64,000 nucleotides of DNA, taken from positions 119,570 through 183,569 of the forward strand of contig CAYYSJ010000002.1 of assembly GCA_964474445.1 (NCBI GenBank). The letters are read 5' to 3'. The notes below the pieces were generated by a model. It did not search any database and was not told where the DNA came from. It saw nothing but the letters and a program-made list of their open reading frames with translations. Position 1 is the first letter of the stretch, and every line of letters starts with the position of its first letter. The stretch is from an uncultured Gammaproteobacteria bacterium (lineage in GTDB: Bacteria > Patescibacteriota > Microgenomatia > Levybacterales > UBA12049). Of this stretch, positions 8,895 through 19,149 are shown piece by piece. Made by a program: the position numbers and the translations under genes.

Positions 8895-11800
8895 ATGGAT
8901 AATCAAAAAATGAAAAAATTAAAAGACGTAACCATTATTGACTTTAAAGCATTGAAGATTTTACTTGCTTCTAAAGAAGATATTTTAGATAGTTCTTTTG
9001 GAGAAGTTACGAAACCAGAAACAATTAACTATCGAACACTTCGACCTGAAAAAGATGGTCTCTTTGATGAGAGAATTTTTGGACCAACCAAAGACTGGGA
9101 ATGCTATTGTGGAAAATACAAAAGAATCAGATACAAAGGTATTATTTGCGATAAATGTGGTGTTGAAGTGACCCTTTCCAGAGTTAGACGAGAAAGAATG
9201 GGGCATATTATGCTCTCAGCACCTGTAAGTCATGTGTGGTTCTTTAAAGGTGCATCAAGTCCTCTCGCTACATTCTTAGATGTGTCTCAGAAGAGTCTTG
9301 AATCAGTTATCTACTATGCATCTCATTTAGTTGTTGCAGTTGATGAAGAGAAGAAAAAAGAAGCTCTTGAAGTCTTAAATAAGAATATTGAATCTCGAAA
9401 AGAAGCACTTCTTAAGGAAAAAGAAGAAGAAGAGAAAAAGATTGAAGCAGACTCCTCAGAAAAAGCTCAAGATGCAGACAAGATGAAAACAGAACAGAAA
9501 AAGCTTGTTGGTCAAGAGCTTGAGCTTATGAAGAGACAAAAGATTGCACGACTTACCGAGCGATTTAATGAAGAATCAAAGAAAGTTGAAGAAATTGCAA
9601 CAGCTCTCTCAAATCTTCTTAAAAGTCTTAAAGTTTCATCAGTTTTGTCTGAAGACGAATACTTTAAGCTTTTGGAATATGATATCCCAGTATTCTTTAC
9701 GATGAAGACTGGAGCAGAAGCAATCCTTGATCTCATGAAAGATCTGAGCTTGGATGATGTGATTGCAGATTTGAGAAAAGAATTAGAAAAAGCATCAGCT
9801 CAACGATACCTCAAACTTATTAAAAGACTTCGACTTATCGAGAACATGAAAAAATCTAGTATTGATCCTCGAGCGATGATTATGACTGCGTTGCCAGTTA
9901 TTCCACCAGACCTTCGACCTATGGTTCAACTTGCTGGAGGACGATTTGCTACCTCAGACTTGAATGACTTGTACAGAAGAGTAATCAACAGAAACAATCG
10001 TTTAAAGCACTTAATGAGTCTGGGGGCCCCAGAAATTATTCTGAGAAATGAGAAAAGAATGCTTCAAGAATCAGTTGACGCGTTAATTGATGCATCACAA
10101 AGATCTTCACAAGTTGTTGCATCACCGTTGAGATCACTTTCAGACATGCTCCGAGGGAAGCAAGGCCGCTTCCGACAGAACCTTCTTGGAAAGCGTGTTG
10201 ATTACTCTGGACGATCTGTTATCGTTGTAGGACCAGATTTGAAACTCTCTGAATGTGGACTTCCAAAAGAAATGGCTCTTGAAATGTTTAAGCCATTTGT
10301 ATTACGAGAAGTTATTGTCAGAGGTTTTGCTCCAAATATTAAGAGTGCAAAACGATTTATTGAGAAGAGACCACCAGAAGTATTTGATATTCTTGAGGAA
10401 ATCACCCGAAATCACCCTGTGCTTCTTAATCGTGCACCAACTCTTCACAAGCTTGGTATTCAGGCATTCTATCCAAGATTGATTGAAGGTTCTGCAATCG
10501 CACTTCACCCTTGTGTTTGTGCAGGATATAACGCAGACTTTGACGGCGACCAGATGGCTGTTCATATTCCGCTTTCTAAAAAAGCACAACAAGAAGCTAT
10601 TGAGTTGATGATGCCAAGACATAATCTTCTTAAGCCAGCTGATGGATCACCAATTACCCTTCCAAATAAAGAAATGGCTCTTGGTGTGTACTATCTTACT
10701 TCTTTGGATGAAACATTGAGAAAAGAAGACATGCCAGCTTTTTCGGATGCAAATGAAGCACTTCTTGCTTTCACATTAAAGAAAGTGACTCTTCGACAAC
10801 CAATTTTAGTCAGAGTGGATACCGGTACTAAGTTGGAAACAATTGAAACATCTATTGGAAGACTGAAACTTAATGAAAACCTTCTTCCAGGAATGTCTTA
10901 CATGAATGAAGCAGTCAAGGCATCAGGTATTAAAAAGCTTGTTACCAAGGCTCTTCTTACTTATACATCTGATGAAGTTGCAGACTTAATTGACCGAATT
11001 AAAGCACTTGGGTTCTATGGTTCTACCCAATCAGGTATTTCCGTATCTGTTTTTGATAATGAAATGGTTGAAGGAAAAAACAAGATGATTGAAGAAGGAG
11101 AGAAAAAAGTTGCTCAAATTAACGAAGAGTATCAACAGGGTCTTATCACTCTTGAAGAAAAGAAAAGATTACAAAATGATGTCTGGCTTAAGGTAACTGA
11201 TGAAATGGCAGAGAAGACATGGAACAATATGAAAGAAACCAATGTCATCAGAACCATTATTAACTCTGAAGGAGCTCGTGCAGGAAAAGAACAGCTTAAA
11301 CAGCTTTCGGCTATGAGAGGTCTTATTTTGGATCCACTTGGAAAGATTGTTGAACTTCCTATTAAATCTAACTTCCGAGAAGGTCTTTCAATCTTTGAAT
11401 ACGTTGCTTCAGCAAGAGGATCCCGAAAAGGTCTTACTGATTCAGCTCTCAAGACTGCAAACGCAGGATACTTAACCAGAAGACTTGTTGATGTATCTCA
11501 TGATGTCATCATTCGAGAAGAAGATTGTGGATCTGTAGAAGGTGTTACCATTCTTGCACACGATGGTGAACGAACAGCAACCTTGGCTGATAGAATTACC
11601 GGGCGATATGCAGCAGAGAAAGTAACTGCAGATAGAAAGACTTTGGTGAATGAAAACGAGCTTATTACTCCAGAAATTGCAAAAGTAATTTTAGATGCAG
11701 GAGTTGAGGAAGTCATTGTCAGATCACCTCTTACCTGCAAACTTTCATCCGGTCTCTGTAAGATGTGTTATGGTTGGGACTTTTCAACAAAACAAGTTGT

Positions 11801-12692
11801 CAACACTGGTGTACCAGTTGGTGTTATGGCTGCACAATCTATTGGAGAACCAGGAACCCAGCTTACCATGCGGGTCAGACACTTTGGTGGAGTTGTGATG
11901 AGTGACGTGACTCAGGGTCTCCCAAGAGTTGAAGAACTCTTTGAAATGAGAACACCAAAGAACCTTTCACCAGTTGCAGAAATTACCGGTAAAGTTGATG
12001 TTGAAACCACTGATGAAGGGTACAAAATTGTTATCAAGAACACTGCAATGAAACCAGTTGAAGTACAGGAGTACTTTGTTCCACTCGCTTCAGAATTAGC
12101 AGTGAAAGACGGGCAGACTATTGCAGCAGGAACACCTCTTGCGAGCGGATACTTAGATCCAAAAGAAATTATTAAAGTAAAAGGTATTCGATCAGGACAA
12201 CAATACATTTTATCTGAAGCGCAAAGAGTGTACGAATCACAGGGTATTGCAATCAATGATAAGCACTTTGAAATTATCATTCGAAAGATGTCAGACAAAG
12301 TCGTTGTTGAAACCGTTGGTGACACGCCACTTATTCCAGGAGACTTTATTACCCAAAGTAGATTTGAAGAAGTCAATGCTGAGACCCTTTCACAAGGTGG
12401 AGAACCAGCAACAGCACGACAAGTAATCTTAGGTGTTACCAAAGCTGCACTTTTCTCAGATTCATGGCTTTCAGCAGCATCGTTCCAGGAGACAACAAAA
12501 GTTCTTACCGATGCAGCACTTGAGGGTCGAGAAGACAAGTTGTTGGGTCTTAAAGAAAACGTTATCATTGGACGTCTTATCCCTGTTGAAGGACTTACCT
12601 TTGAAGAAGAAACTCCTGAATCAACAGCGGCTGGTGCCACAGAAGGAGAAGAAGCTGCACAACTTGAAGAAAGAACCGTTGTTGAGGTATAA
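8895..12692 (+). CDS. rpoC: RNA polymerase beta' subunit
   Basis: NADFDGDQM, Zn-finger CYCGKY..CDKC; first ATG at 8895. Confidence 0.99.
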   Translation: MDNQKMKKLKDVTIIDFKALKILLASKEDILDSSFGEVTKPETINYRTLRPEKDGLFDERIFGPTKDWECYCGKYKRIRYKGIICDKCGVEVTLSRVRRERMGHIMLSAPVSHVWFFKGASSPLATFLDVSQKSLESVIYYASHLVVAVDEEKKKEALEVLNKNIESRKEALLKEKEEEEKKIEADSSEKAQDADKMKTEQKKLVGQELELMKRQKIARLTERFNEESKKVEEIATALSNLLKSLKVSSVLSEDEYFKLLEYDIPVFFTMKTGAEAILDLMKDLSLDDVIADLRKELEKASAQRYLKLIKRLRLIENMKKSSIDPRAMIMTALPVIPPDLRPMVQLAGGRFATSDLNDLYRRVINRNNRLKHLMSLGAPEIILRNEKRMLQESVDALIDASQRSSQVVASPLRSLSDMLRGKQGRFRQNLLGKRVDYSGRSVIVVGPDLKLSECGLPKEMALEMFKPFVLREVIVRGFAPNIKSAKRFIEKRPPEVFDILEEITRNHPVLLNRAPTLHKLGIQAFYPRLIEGSAIALHPCVCAGYNADFDGDQMAVHIPLSKKAQQEAIELMMPRHNLLKPADGSPITLPNKEMALGVYYLTSLDETLRKEDMPAFSDANEALLAFTLKKVTLRQPILVRVDTGTKLETIETSIGRLKLNENLLPGMSYMNEAVKASGIKKLVTKALLTYTSDEVADLIDRIKALGFYGSTQSGISVSVFDNEMVEGKNKMIEEGEKKVAQINEEYQQGLITLEEKKRLQNDVWLKVTDEMAEKTWNNMKETNVIRTIINSEGARAGKEQLKQLSAMRGLILDPLGKIVELPIKSNFREGLSIFEYVASARGSRKGLTDSALKTANAGYLTRRLVDVSHDVIIREEDCGSVEGVTILAHDGERTATLADRITGRYAAEKVTADRKTLVNENELITPEIAKVILDAGVEEVIVRSPLTCKLSSGLCKMCYGWDFSTKQVVNTGVPVGVMAAQSIGEPGTQLTMRVRHFGGVVMSDVTQGLPRVEELFEMRTPKNLSPVAEITGKVDVETTDEGYKIVIKNTAMKPVEVQEYFVPLASELAVKDGQTIAAGTPLASGYLDPKEIIKVKGIRSGQQYILSEAQRVYESQGIAINDKHFEIIIRKMSDKVVVETVGDTPLIPGDFITQSRFEEVNAETLSQGGEPATARQVILGVTKAALFSDSWLSAASFQETTKVLTDAALEGREDKLLGLKENVIIGRLIPVEGLTFEEETPESTAAGATEGEEAAQLEERTVVEV

Positions 12693-12747
12693 TACACAGA
12701 AGCGAAAAGCGAACAATAATTTTTCGTTTTATTTTTAGTTTAAAACT

Positions 12748-13179
12748 ATGCCAACATTATCACAATTAGTAAAAAGAGGAAGAGCAAAGAAAACAAAGAA
12801 GGTTAAAGCAACCGGTCTGAGACGTTTATATAATGCAAAAGATCGAGAATACAAAGAATCAGCTTCTCCACAGAAACGAGGGGTTGTTACGTTGGTAAAA
12901 ACAATGACTCCTAAAAAACCTAATTCAGCACTTCGAAAAGTTGCAAGAGTCAAACTCTCAAATAGAACTGAAGTTACTGCATATATTCAAGGAGTCGGAC
13001 ATAGTTTAGCAGAACACGGTATTGTTTTAGTCAGAGGTGGTCGTGTAAAAGATTTACCAGGAGTGAAATATCATATTGTACGAGGTAAGTTTGATTTACA
13101 AGGTGTACAAGGCAGAATGACCAGTCGTTCTAAATATGGTGCAAAGAAGCCACAAGCGAAAGGAGCAGCTACAAAATAA
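12748..13179 (+). CDS. rpsL: 30S ribosomal protein S12
   Basis: [18 protein letters not shown]. Confidence 0.99.
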   Translation: MPTLSQLVKRGRAKKTKKVKATGLRRLYNAKDREYKESASPQKRGVVTLVKTMTPKKPNSALRKVARVKLSNRTEVTAYIQGVGHSLAEHGIVLVRGGRVKDLPGVKYHIVRGKFDLQGVQGRMTSRSKYGAKKPQAKGAATK

Positions 13180-13182
13180 CCT

Positions 13183-13656
13183 ATGAGACATGCTAAAGTA
13201 GCAAAAAGAGTAACAGAGGCAGATCAACTCTATAACAGTATTTTGGTTGCCAAATTTATTAATAACCTTATGAAAGATGGCAAAAAGACTGTTGCCCAAA
13301 AAGTTGTTTATAGTGCATTTGATCTTTTAAAAGCAAAAGGGCAAGACCCACTTGATACTTTCCAAAAAGTTTTGGATACTGTTTCTCCAAAAGTAGAAAT
13401 TAAAGCTCGAAGAATTGGAGGAGCAAATTATCAAGTTCCTGTTGAAGTAAAAGGTGATAGAAAGAATGCAGTTGCTATTCGATGGATCTTAGAAGCAGCC
13501 GCAGGTAGACCAAATAAAGAATATCACACTTTTGCAGAAAAATTAGTTGCAGAATTCACAGATATCCTTGAAGGAAAAGGTGAAGCAATTAAAAAGAGAG
13601 ATAATACACACAGACAAGCAGAAGCGAACAAAGCTTTTGCACACTTTAGGTGGTAA
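13183..13656 (+). CDS. rpsG: 30S ribosomal protein S7
   Basis: RRIGGANYQVP, AEANKAFAHFRW. Confidence 0.99.
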   Translation: MRHAKVAKRVTEADQLYNSILVAKFINNLMKDGKKTVAQKVVYSAFDLLKAKGQDPLDTFQKVLDTVSPKVEIKARRIGGANYQVPVEVKGDRKNAVAIRWILEAAAGRPNKEYHTFAEKLVAEFTDILEGKGEAIKKRDNTHRQAEANKAFAHFRW

Positions 13657-13740
13657 TTCCTACTTCTTTTTGTTCTCCTTGATATATCTTTTCGATACCA
13701 TTCCTTCAACTAGATTCAGACCACATGTATAATACACTTG

Positions 13741-13977
13741 ATAGAGTCTTGCGGTGGAATGCTGAAGATCAATCATTAGTAACAGAAGGACTAAAACCTG
13801 GTCAGCGGAGACGTAATGATGGGAACGGTACATATATTTAGAGAAGCAACTAATCCGCCAAGCATAATATGGGAATTACGAAATCCTCAAGGAAAGCTTA
13901 TGGTTCGAAAAAGATTTGCAAGGAATATTCAATAAACTCTGTTTTGAGCCATAATTCCCCGAGAGGGGATTTTTTTA
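13741..13977 (+). ncRNA. Candidate stand-alone structured RNA (6S-like or unknown); may instead encode a 39-aa peptide
   Basis: TGTATAAT at 13726-13733, several complementary segments, terminator at the 3' end; the next gene has its own promoter. Confidence 0.4.
13955..13977 (+). terminator. Intrinsic terminator
   Basis: TCCCC-GAGA-GGGGA followed by T7. Confidence 0.75.
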
Positions 13978-14018
13978 TGGCAAATTTTACTTCTTGTTGT
14001 TTTGCTATAATTTAATAT

Positions 14019-15068
14019 ATGGATCTGTTCTTTCAAGTTCTGTTAATAGTATGTTTTATCTTTCTCAATGGATTTTTTGTATTATCGGAATTTTCTTTAG
14101 TAAGTGTCAGACGTACGCGTATTGAAGAGTTAGCAAGAAGCGGGCATAGAGGTGCAAAACTTGTATTATCTGCTCTCAACGATCTCTCTACCTATATCTC
14201 TGCAACGCAATTTGGTATTACGCTAGTCTCATTGGCACTAGGTTGGTTGGGGGAACCTGCACTAGCACATGTATTTGCGATTATTCTGGAACCTCATATG
14301 CCCTTACGGATGCTCTTTATTTCTTCTCATGCTATTGCTATCGCTACGGCCTTTATTGTGATTACCTTTCTGCAAATTATTTTTGGAGAATTAGCTCCAA
14401 AGACGACAGCATTGCAAAAGTCGGAAAAACTAGTATTTCTTATTATTACACCTCTTATGGCTTTTACCACTCTTTTTAAACCGTTCATTTGGTTCCTGAG
14501 TGCCAGCTCGGGGTTTCTCCTCAGTATTTCTGGTATTGCAGAGGATAGTAAGAGGACAGTACATACAGAAGAGGAAATTAAGCTCATTCTTTCGCAAAGC
14601 GCAAAATCAGGGGAAATAGATCAACAAGAAGTGGATATTATTTATCGAGTATTTAAAATTGGTGATCTACCTATTTCAACAATAATGGTACCTAAAAAAG
14701 ATGTCATTGCTTTTGGTATTCATACTGGTATTCAGGAAATTGCAAAAGATATTACAGAAGAAAATCTCCATACGCGATTTCCTATTTATGAAAGAAATTT
14801 AGAAAATGTAAAAGGGTATGTGTCGGTTACTGATATGTATGTATTTGCAAAAACGCTTCATCAGGATAAAAAAGTGGGAGAGACAGACCTGATTCGAAAA
14901 ATCATGTCAATAAATGAAAACAAACGCATAGATAATGTTTTATCTCTTATGAAAAAAACAGGAGTTCATTTAGCCATTATTACCAATGCAAGTGGTAAAA
15001 TGGTAGGACTCGTTAGTATTGAGGATATTATTGAAAGTCTCGTCGGTGAGTTAGAAGAACAGGAATGA
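14019..15068 (+). CDS. HlyC/CorC (CNNM/DUF21 + CBS) family transporter
   Basis: NGFFVLSEFSLVS, QFGIT..LGWLGEP, GELAPK, CBS pair ending EDIIESLVGE. Confidence 0.9.
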   Translation: MDLFFQVLLIVCFIFLNGFFVLSEFSLVSVRRTRIEELARSGHRGAKLVLSALNDLSTYISATQFGITLVSLALGWLGEPALAHVFAIILEPHMPLRMLFISSHAIAIATAFIVITFLQIIFGELAPKTTALQKSEKLVFLIITPLMAFTTLFKPFIWFLSASSGFLLSISGIAEDSKRTVHTEEEIKLILSQSAKSGEIDQQEVDIIYRVFKIGDLPISTIMVPKKDVIAFGIHTGIQEIAKDITEENLHTRFPIYERNLENVKGYVSVTDMYVFAKTLHQDKKVGETDLIRKIMSINENKRIDNVLSLMKKTGVHLAIITNASGKMVGLVSIEDIIESLVGELEEQE

Positions 15069-15094
15069 TAGCCAGAAAATTCAGAATATGGTGA

Positions 15095-15823
15095 CTATTG
15101 AACATCAATTTTTGTCATTTTATCTCCTATAGCAATCTTTTTGACAACATCCATTCCTGAGGTTACTTTTCCAAAAATGGTATAGTTTTTTGGAAGCGAA
15201 GTATTATCTGCAAGCATAATGAAAAATTGTGATCCATTGGTATTTGGTCCTCTATTAGCCATAGCAACAACTCCCTGTAAGTATCCCGCCTTATATGAAG
15301 GGGCACTAGGATTGAGTTCGTCCTCAAAGATATCCCCATAAATTGATCTCCCTCCTGTTCCATCACCATTTGGATCTCCTCCTTGAATAACAAATCCTGG
15401 TTCAACTCGATGGAAAGTGAGGCTATCATAGTAGCCTTTTTTAGCAAGAGTTGCAAAATTGGTAACTGTTTTTGGAGCATCTTGGTTATATAACTGAATG
15501 GTAATATCTCCTTTTGGTGTGTGAATTGCTGCTGAAGTGGCTGTTGTTACCCATTCTGACTGAGGATATAAAAGATTTACTTTTGCTTGAGCTTGTTGCT
15601 GTTGTTGAGCAACTTGTTGTGCTTGAGCGTTTTGTTTATTTTGATTGTTGCTAAAAAAATCAAGAGCAGGTGTTGGGGTTACTGTGGGGGTAATACCCAA
15701 ATTCAATGCATTAATATCAGAATTTGCACTCGTTGGAGATTGAGAAAGTGTTTTAGAGAGAAGAAGAATACCTGAAATAACACCAACCGCAATAACAATA
15801 ACAAAGAATAAGAATTTTTCCAT
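15095..15823 (-). CDS. Membrane-anchored cyclophilin-type peptidyl-prolyl isomerase
   Basis: FHRVEPGFVIQGGDP, AMANRGPNTNGSQFFI; N-terminal TM and Gln-rich linker. Confidence 0.93.
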   Translation of the reverse strand: MEKFLFFVIVIAVGVISGILLLSKTLSQSPTSANSDINALNLGITPTVTPTPALDFFSNNQNKQNAQAQQVAQQQQQAQAKVNLLYPQSEWVTTATSAAIHTPKGDITIQLYNQDAPKTVTNFATLAKKGYYDSLTFHRVEPGFVIQGGDPNGDGTGGRSIYGDIFEDELNPSAPSYKAGYLQGVVAMANRGPNTNGSQFFIMLADNTSLPKNYTIFGKVTSGMDVVKKIAIGDKMTKIDVQ

Positions 15824-15999
15824 ACTGCTCTAGTAGAGATTTTAGCTTCAAATATTCTTGTTTGCAATGAGCATTTTTTTGGGAAATAGATCTTTTCTCT
15901 TAGTAGAAAGTATGGTACAATAATATTAAGTCAAAATTCAAAGGTCAAAAGCACAAAATTGTTTTTTGAATTTTGATTTTTTATTTTACATTAAACACT

Positions 16000-18108
16000 A
16001 TGGCTGATACAGCAGTACGACACGCAGAATTAGACAAAATTAGAAATATTGGTATTATTGCGCACATTGACGCAGGAAAAACAACCACAACCGAACGTAT
16101 CCTTTACTACACTGGTAAATCCTACAAAATCGGTGATATTGACGAAGGAAATACGCAAATGGACTGGATGGAACAGGAAAGAGAAAGAGGTATTACCATT
16201 GTATCTGCTGCTACTACTACGTTTTGGAAGGATTACAGAATTAACATTATTGATACTCCAGGTCATGTCGATTTTACCGCTGAGGTAGAGCGATCTTTGA
16301 GAGTTCTTGATGGAGGTATTACTGTGTTGGATGCTGAAGAAGGTGTGCAATCACAGTCTGAGACAGTTTGGAGACAAGCAGATAAATACAGAGTTCCAAG
16401 AATTTGTTTTGTTAACAAAATGGATAAGCTTGGTGCAGACTTTTTACATACAGTCCAAACCATTGAAGACAGACTTGGTGCAAATCCAGCAATTATGGTG
16501 TTACCAATTGGAGCTGAAAATACCTATGAAGGAAATGTTGATTTACTTACAAGAAAAGCAATCCGATGGGGATCTGACGAATTAGGTGCAAAATTTGATG
16601 TTACTGACAATATTCCAGAGGATATGAAGGCACAAGTTGAGGAATATAGACAAAAATTAGTTGAGAAAATTGCAGAAACAAATGATGTACTTTTAGAAAA
16701 ATACTTAGGTGGAGAAGAAATGAGTATTGAGGAATTAAAGAAGGCTCTCCGAGCAGCTGTTATTTCGTACAAATTAGTCCCTATTTATGCAGGAACATCT
16801 TTGAGGAATAAGGGAGTACAGCCACTTCTTGATGCAGTTATTGACTATCTTCCATCTCCAGTTGATTTGGGAGAGGTTAAGGGTATAAATTCAAAGACAG
16901 AACAAGAAGAAGTCAGAAAATTAGTTCCTGAAGAAAAACTCACTGGACTTGCCTTCAAAATTCAAATCGACCCACATGTTGGAAAAATTACCTACTTTAG
17001 AGTCTACTCTGGAAAAGTTGAAGCCGGATCATACATTTACAATGCAACCAAAGGTATCACAGAGCGTGTTGGCAGAATTCTTTTGATGCATGCAAACCAA
17101 AGAGAAGAAATTAAAGAAGCATATGCAGGAGAAATTGTTGCATTAGTCGGACTTAAGGACACTATTACTGGAGATACTCTCTGCGATGAAAAAGCCCCAA
17201 TAGTACTCGAGCAAATTACCTTCCCAGAACCAGTTATCTCTTTGGCAATTGAACCACAAAGTAAAGCAGATCAGGAAAAGCTTGGACTTGCTCTGAAGAG
17301 ACTTACAGAAGAAGATCCAACATTCCAAGTGAAGACCAATCACGAGACCAATCAGACCATTATTTCAGGGATTGGAGAGTTACAGCTTGAAATTATGGTT
17401 GATAGAATGAAAAGAGAATTTGGAGTTTCAGCAAATGTTGGAGCACCTCAGGTTGCATATAAAGAAACAATTGGCATATTGGCAGAAGGCGAAGGGAAAT
17501 ACATTCGGCAGTCTGGAGGACGAGGTCAATATGGTCACTGCTGGCTTCGAATTGAGCCAAAGCCGCGAGGAGAAGGCTTTGAATTTGTTAATGCTATTAA
17601 GGGAGGAGCAATCCCGGCAGAATTTGTTATCTCCATTCAAAAAGGTGTTAAGGAAACAATTGAAAATGGCGTACTTTTGGGATACCCAATTGTTGATGTA
17701 AAAGTAACCGTTTATGATGGATCATACCATGATGTTGACTCATCTGATATGGCATTTAAAATTGCTGCATCTATGGCTTTCCAGGCAGCTTCAAAGAAAG
17801 CAAATATGCAACTTCTTGAGCCAATAATGAAGGTTGAAGTGACAACTCCTTCAGAATTCATGGGAGATATTATTGGGGATCTTTCTTCAAAGAGAGCTCA
17901 AATCATGGGGACAGAAGAAAGATCACGAGCAACTATTGTGAAAGCCATGGTTCCACTTGCAGAGCTTTCTGGATATGCAACTCAACTTCGAAGTATGTCA
18001 CAAGGCCGAGCATCTTACTATATGGAACCATCCCACTATGAAGAAGTTCCACAAAATATTGTGCAACAGCTTCTTGCTAAATCCACTTTCACAGGACGAG
18101 TAGAGTAA
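16000..18108 (+). CDS. fusA: Elongation factor G
   Basis: [21 protein letters not shown]. Confidence 0.99.
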   Translation: MADTAVRHAELDKIRNIGIIAHIDAGKTTTTERILYYTGKSYKIGDIDEGNTQMDWMEQERERGITIVSAATTTFWKDYRINIIDTPGHVDFTAEVERSLRVLDGGITVLDAEEGVQSQSETVWRQADKYRVPRICFVNKMDKLGADFLHTVQTIEDRLGANPAIMVLPIGAENTYEGNVDLLTRKAIRWGSDELGAKFDVTDNIPEDMKAQVEEYRQKLVEKIAETNDVLLEKYLGGEEMSIEELKKALRAAVISYKLVPIYAGTSLRNKGVQPLLDAVIDYLPSPVDLGEVKGINSKTEQEEVRKLVPEEKLTGLAFKIQIDPHVGKITYFRVYSGKVEAGSYIYNATKGITERVGRILLMHANQREEIKEAYAGEIVALVGLKDTITGDTLCDEKAPIVLEQITFPEPVISLAIEPQSKADQEKLGLALKRLTEEDPTFQVKTNHETNQTIISGIGELQLEIMVDRMKREFGVSANVGAPQVAYKETIGILAEGEGKYIRQSGGRGQYGHCWLRIEPKPRGEGFEFVNAIKGGAIPAEFVISIQKGVKETIENGVLLGYPIVDVKVTVYDGSYHDVDSSDMAFKIAASMAFQAASKKANMQLLEPIMKVEVTTPSEFMGDIIGDLSSKRAQIMGTEERSRATIVKAMVPLAELSGYATQLRSMSQGRASYYMEPSHYEEVPQNIVQQLLAKSTFTGRVE

Positions 18109-18213
18109 CCGTAGTCTTTTGTATAATTTTTGTCAAATAACCAAGTACGTCTTTGTGTATTCATAGATTACACCTTCCTTGCCCTTTTGCTACAAATACC
18201 ATATAATCGCTCG

Positions 18214-18990
18214 ATGAGAAATGTCGAGGCATGTTCTGAGCTCCGAAAACCTATTTGGGAGCAAAGAAGGGTTGTTGATAAAAAAGCATGGCAAACGGAA
18301 GGAAGCCAATTAGCCCTTTTCAACATGCTAGTTGGTGACTTTATTGCTTCTGGATGTTCTATTGGTGCTATTAATGACCTTATCCCATTAGGAGACTTTG
18401 TAGATAGAGCATTTTTACAAGCAAACTTACCTCTTCGGCAGGAAGAAAAATTAGTTGATCCAGTTGTGCATTCTTACCGTGTCGCCTTGCGTTTTGTTAA
18501 GGGGACACAACTTGATCCGAAAGTATTGCCAACCTATGCTGCGATAGCACTTCTCCATGATGTTGTGGAGGATACCCATACAGACCCTGAAGTTATAAAA
18601 AAAATATTTGGAGAGGAAATTGCACAAGGAGTTGTATTGCTCAGCAAGAAAGTAAATGGGGTAAAAATTTCAATAGAAAGGTACTATGAAGAGCTCCGTA
18701 ATGCAGACCCTGAAATTCGGTGGATTAAAGCTGCAGATAGAATCGAGAATTTATCTGTCTTTTTACGAATGAGTTATGTGCCAGAGCTCATAGATCCTAA
18801 TCAATTTAAACTTCCCAGTGGAAACAGCATCTTACAGGCCATGGCAGAAAACTTAATGGAGTCTCAACAACATGTTATGGAACTGGCAAAAGGTAATCCA
18901 TATTTGCAAAAAGAGCTTCAAGAAGTAATGCAACAAATAAAAGAAAGACTTATACAGCTTAAAGCTCAAAAAAAAGTATTTGATGCGTAG
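18214..18990 (+). CDS. HD-domain protein, RelA/SpoT-hydrolase (Mesh1/SAH)-like
   Basis: H..RVA, ALLHDVVEDT, IKAADRIENL; ATG at 18214 follows TATAAT. Confidence 0.7.
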   Translation: MRNVEACSELRKPIWEQRRVVDKKAWQTEGSQLALFNMLVGDFIASGCSIGAINDLIPLGDFVDRAFLQANLPLRQEEKLVDPVVHSYRVALRFVKGTQLDPKVLPTYAAIALLHDVVEDTHTDPEVIKKIFGEEIAQGVVLLSKKVNGVKISIERYYEELRNADPEIRWIKAADRIENLSVFLRMSYVPELIDPNQFKLPSGNSILQAMAENLMESQQHVMELAKGNPYLQKELQEVMQQIKERLIQLKAQKKVFDA

Positions 18991-19037
18991 AAGATACATA
19001 TAGATTTTATATTTCTTATTAGATATAGTGTATTCAA

Positions 19038-19082
19038 ATGGCAAATAAAAGACTTATTAGTATTATTATTCTTAACCGTTAA
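19038..19082 (+). CDS. Ile/Leu-rich leader peptide MANKRLISIIILNR
   Basis: CTT ATT AGT ATT ATT ATT CTT codon run directly before antiterminator and terminator. Confidence 0.7.
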   Translation: MANKRLISIIILNR

Positions 19083-19143
19083 CGCGGCGGGATAATAGTA
19101 CTTTGATAACTAATAACATCCCGTCATGAAGACGGGTTTTTTT
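19061..19143 (+). promoter_or_regulatory. Transcription attenuator (protector/antiterminator/terminator)
   Basis: Terminator CCCGTC-ATGAA-GACGGG-T7; GGCGGGAT (19086-19093) pairs with ATCCCGTC (19118-19125). Confidence 0.72.
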
Positions 19144-19149
19144 GTGGTT

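Noticed and set aside
11912-12697. 261-aa antisense ORF in rpoC, and other short overlapping ORFs in the track
   Set aside because: Shadow frames of conserved genes with no motifs or start signals
13760-13830. Hammerhead ribozyme suggested by CTGAAGA (CUGANGA)
   Set aside because: The following stem ends in GGAAC rather than GAAA, and no stems I/III with a cleavage triplet can be built
13741-13977. M-box (ykoK) or c-di-AMP riboswitch for the corC-like gene
   Set aside because: Short words (GCTGAA, GGGAAC, GTCAGC) occur but not in the consensus order I recall; M-box motifs are not seen; the downstream gene has its own promoter
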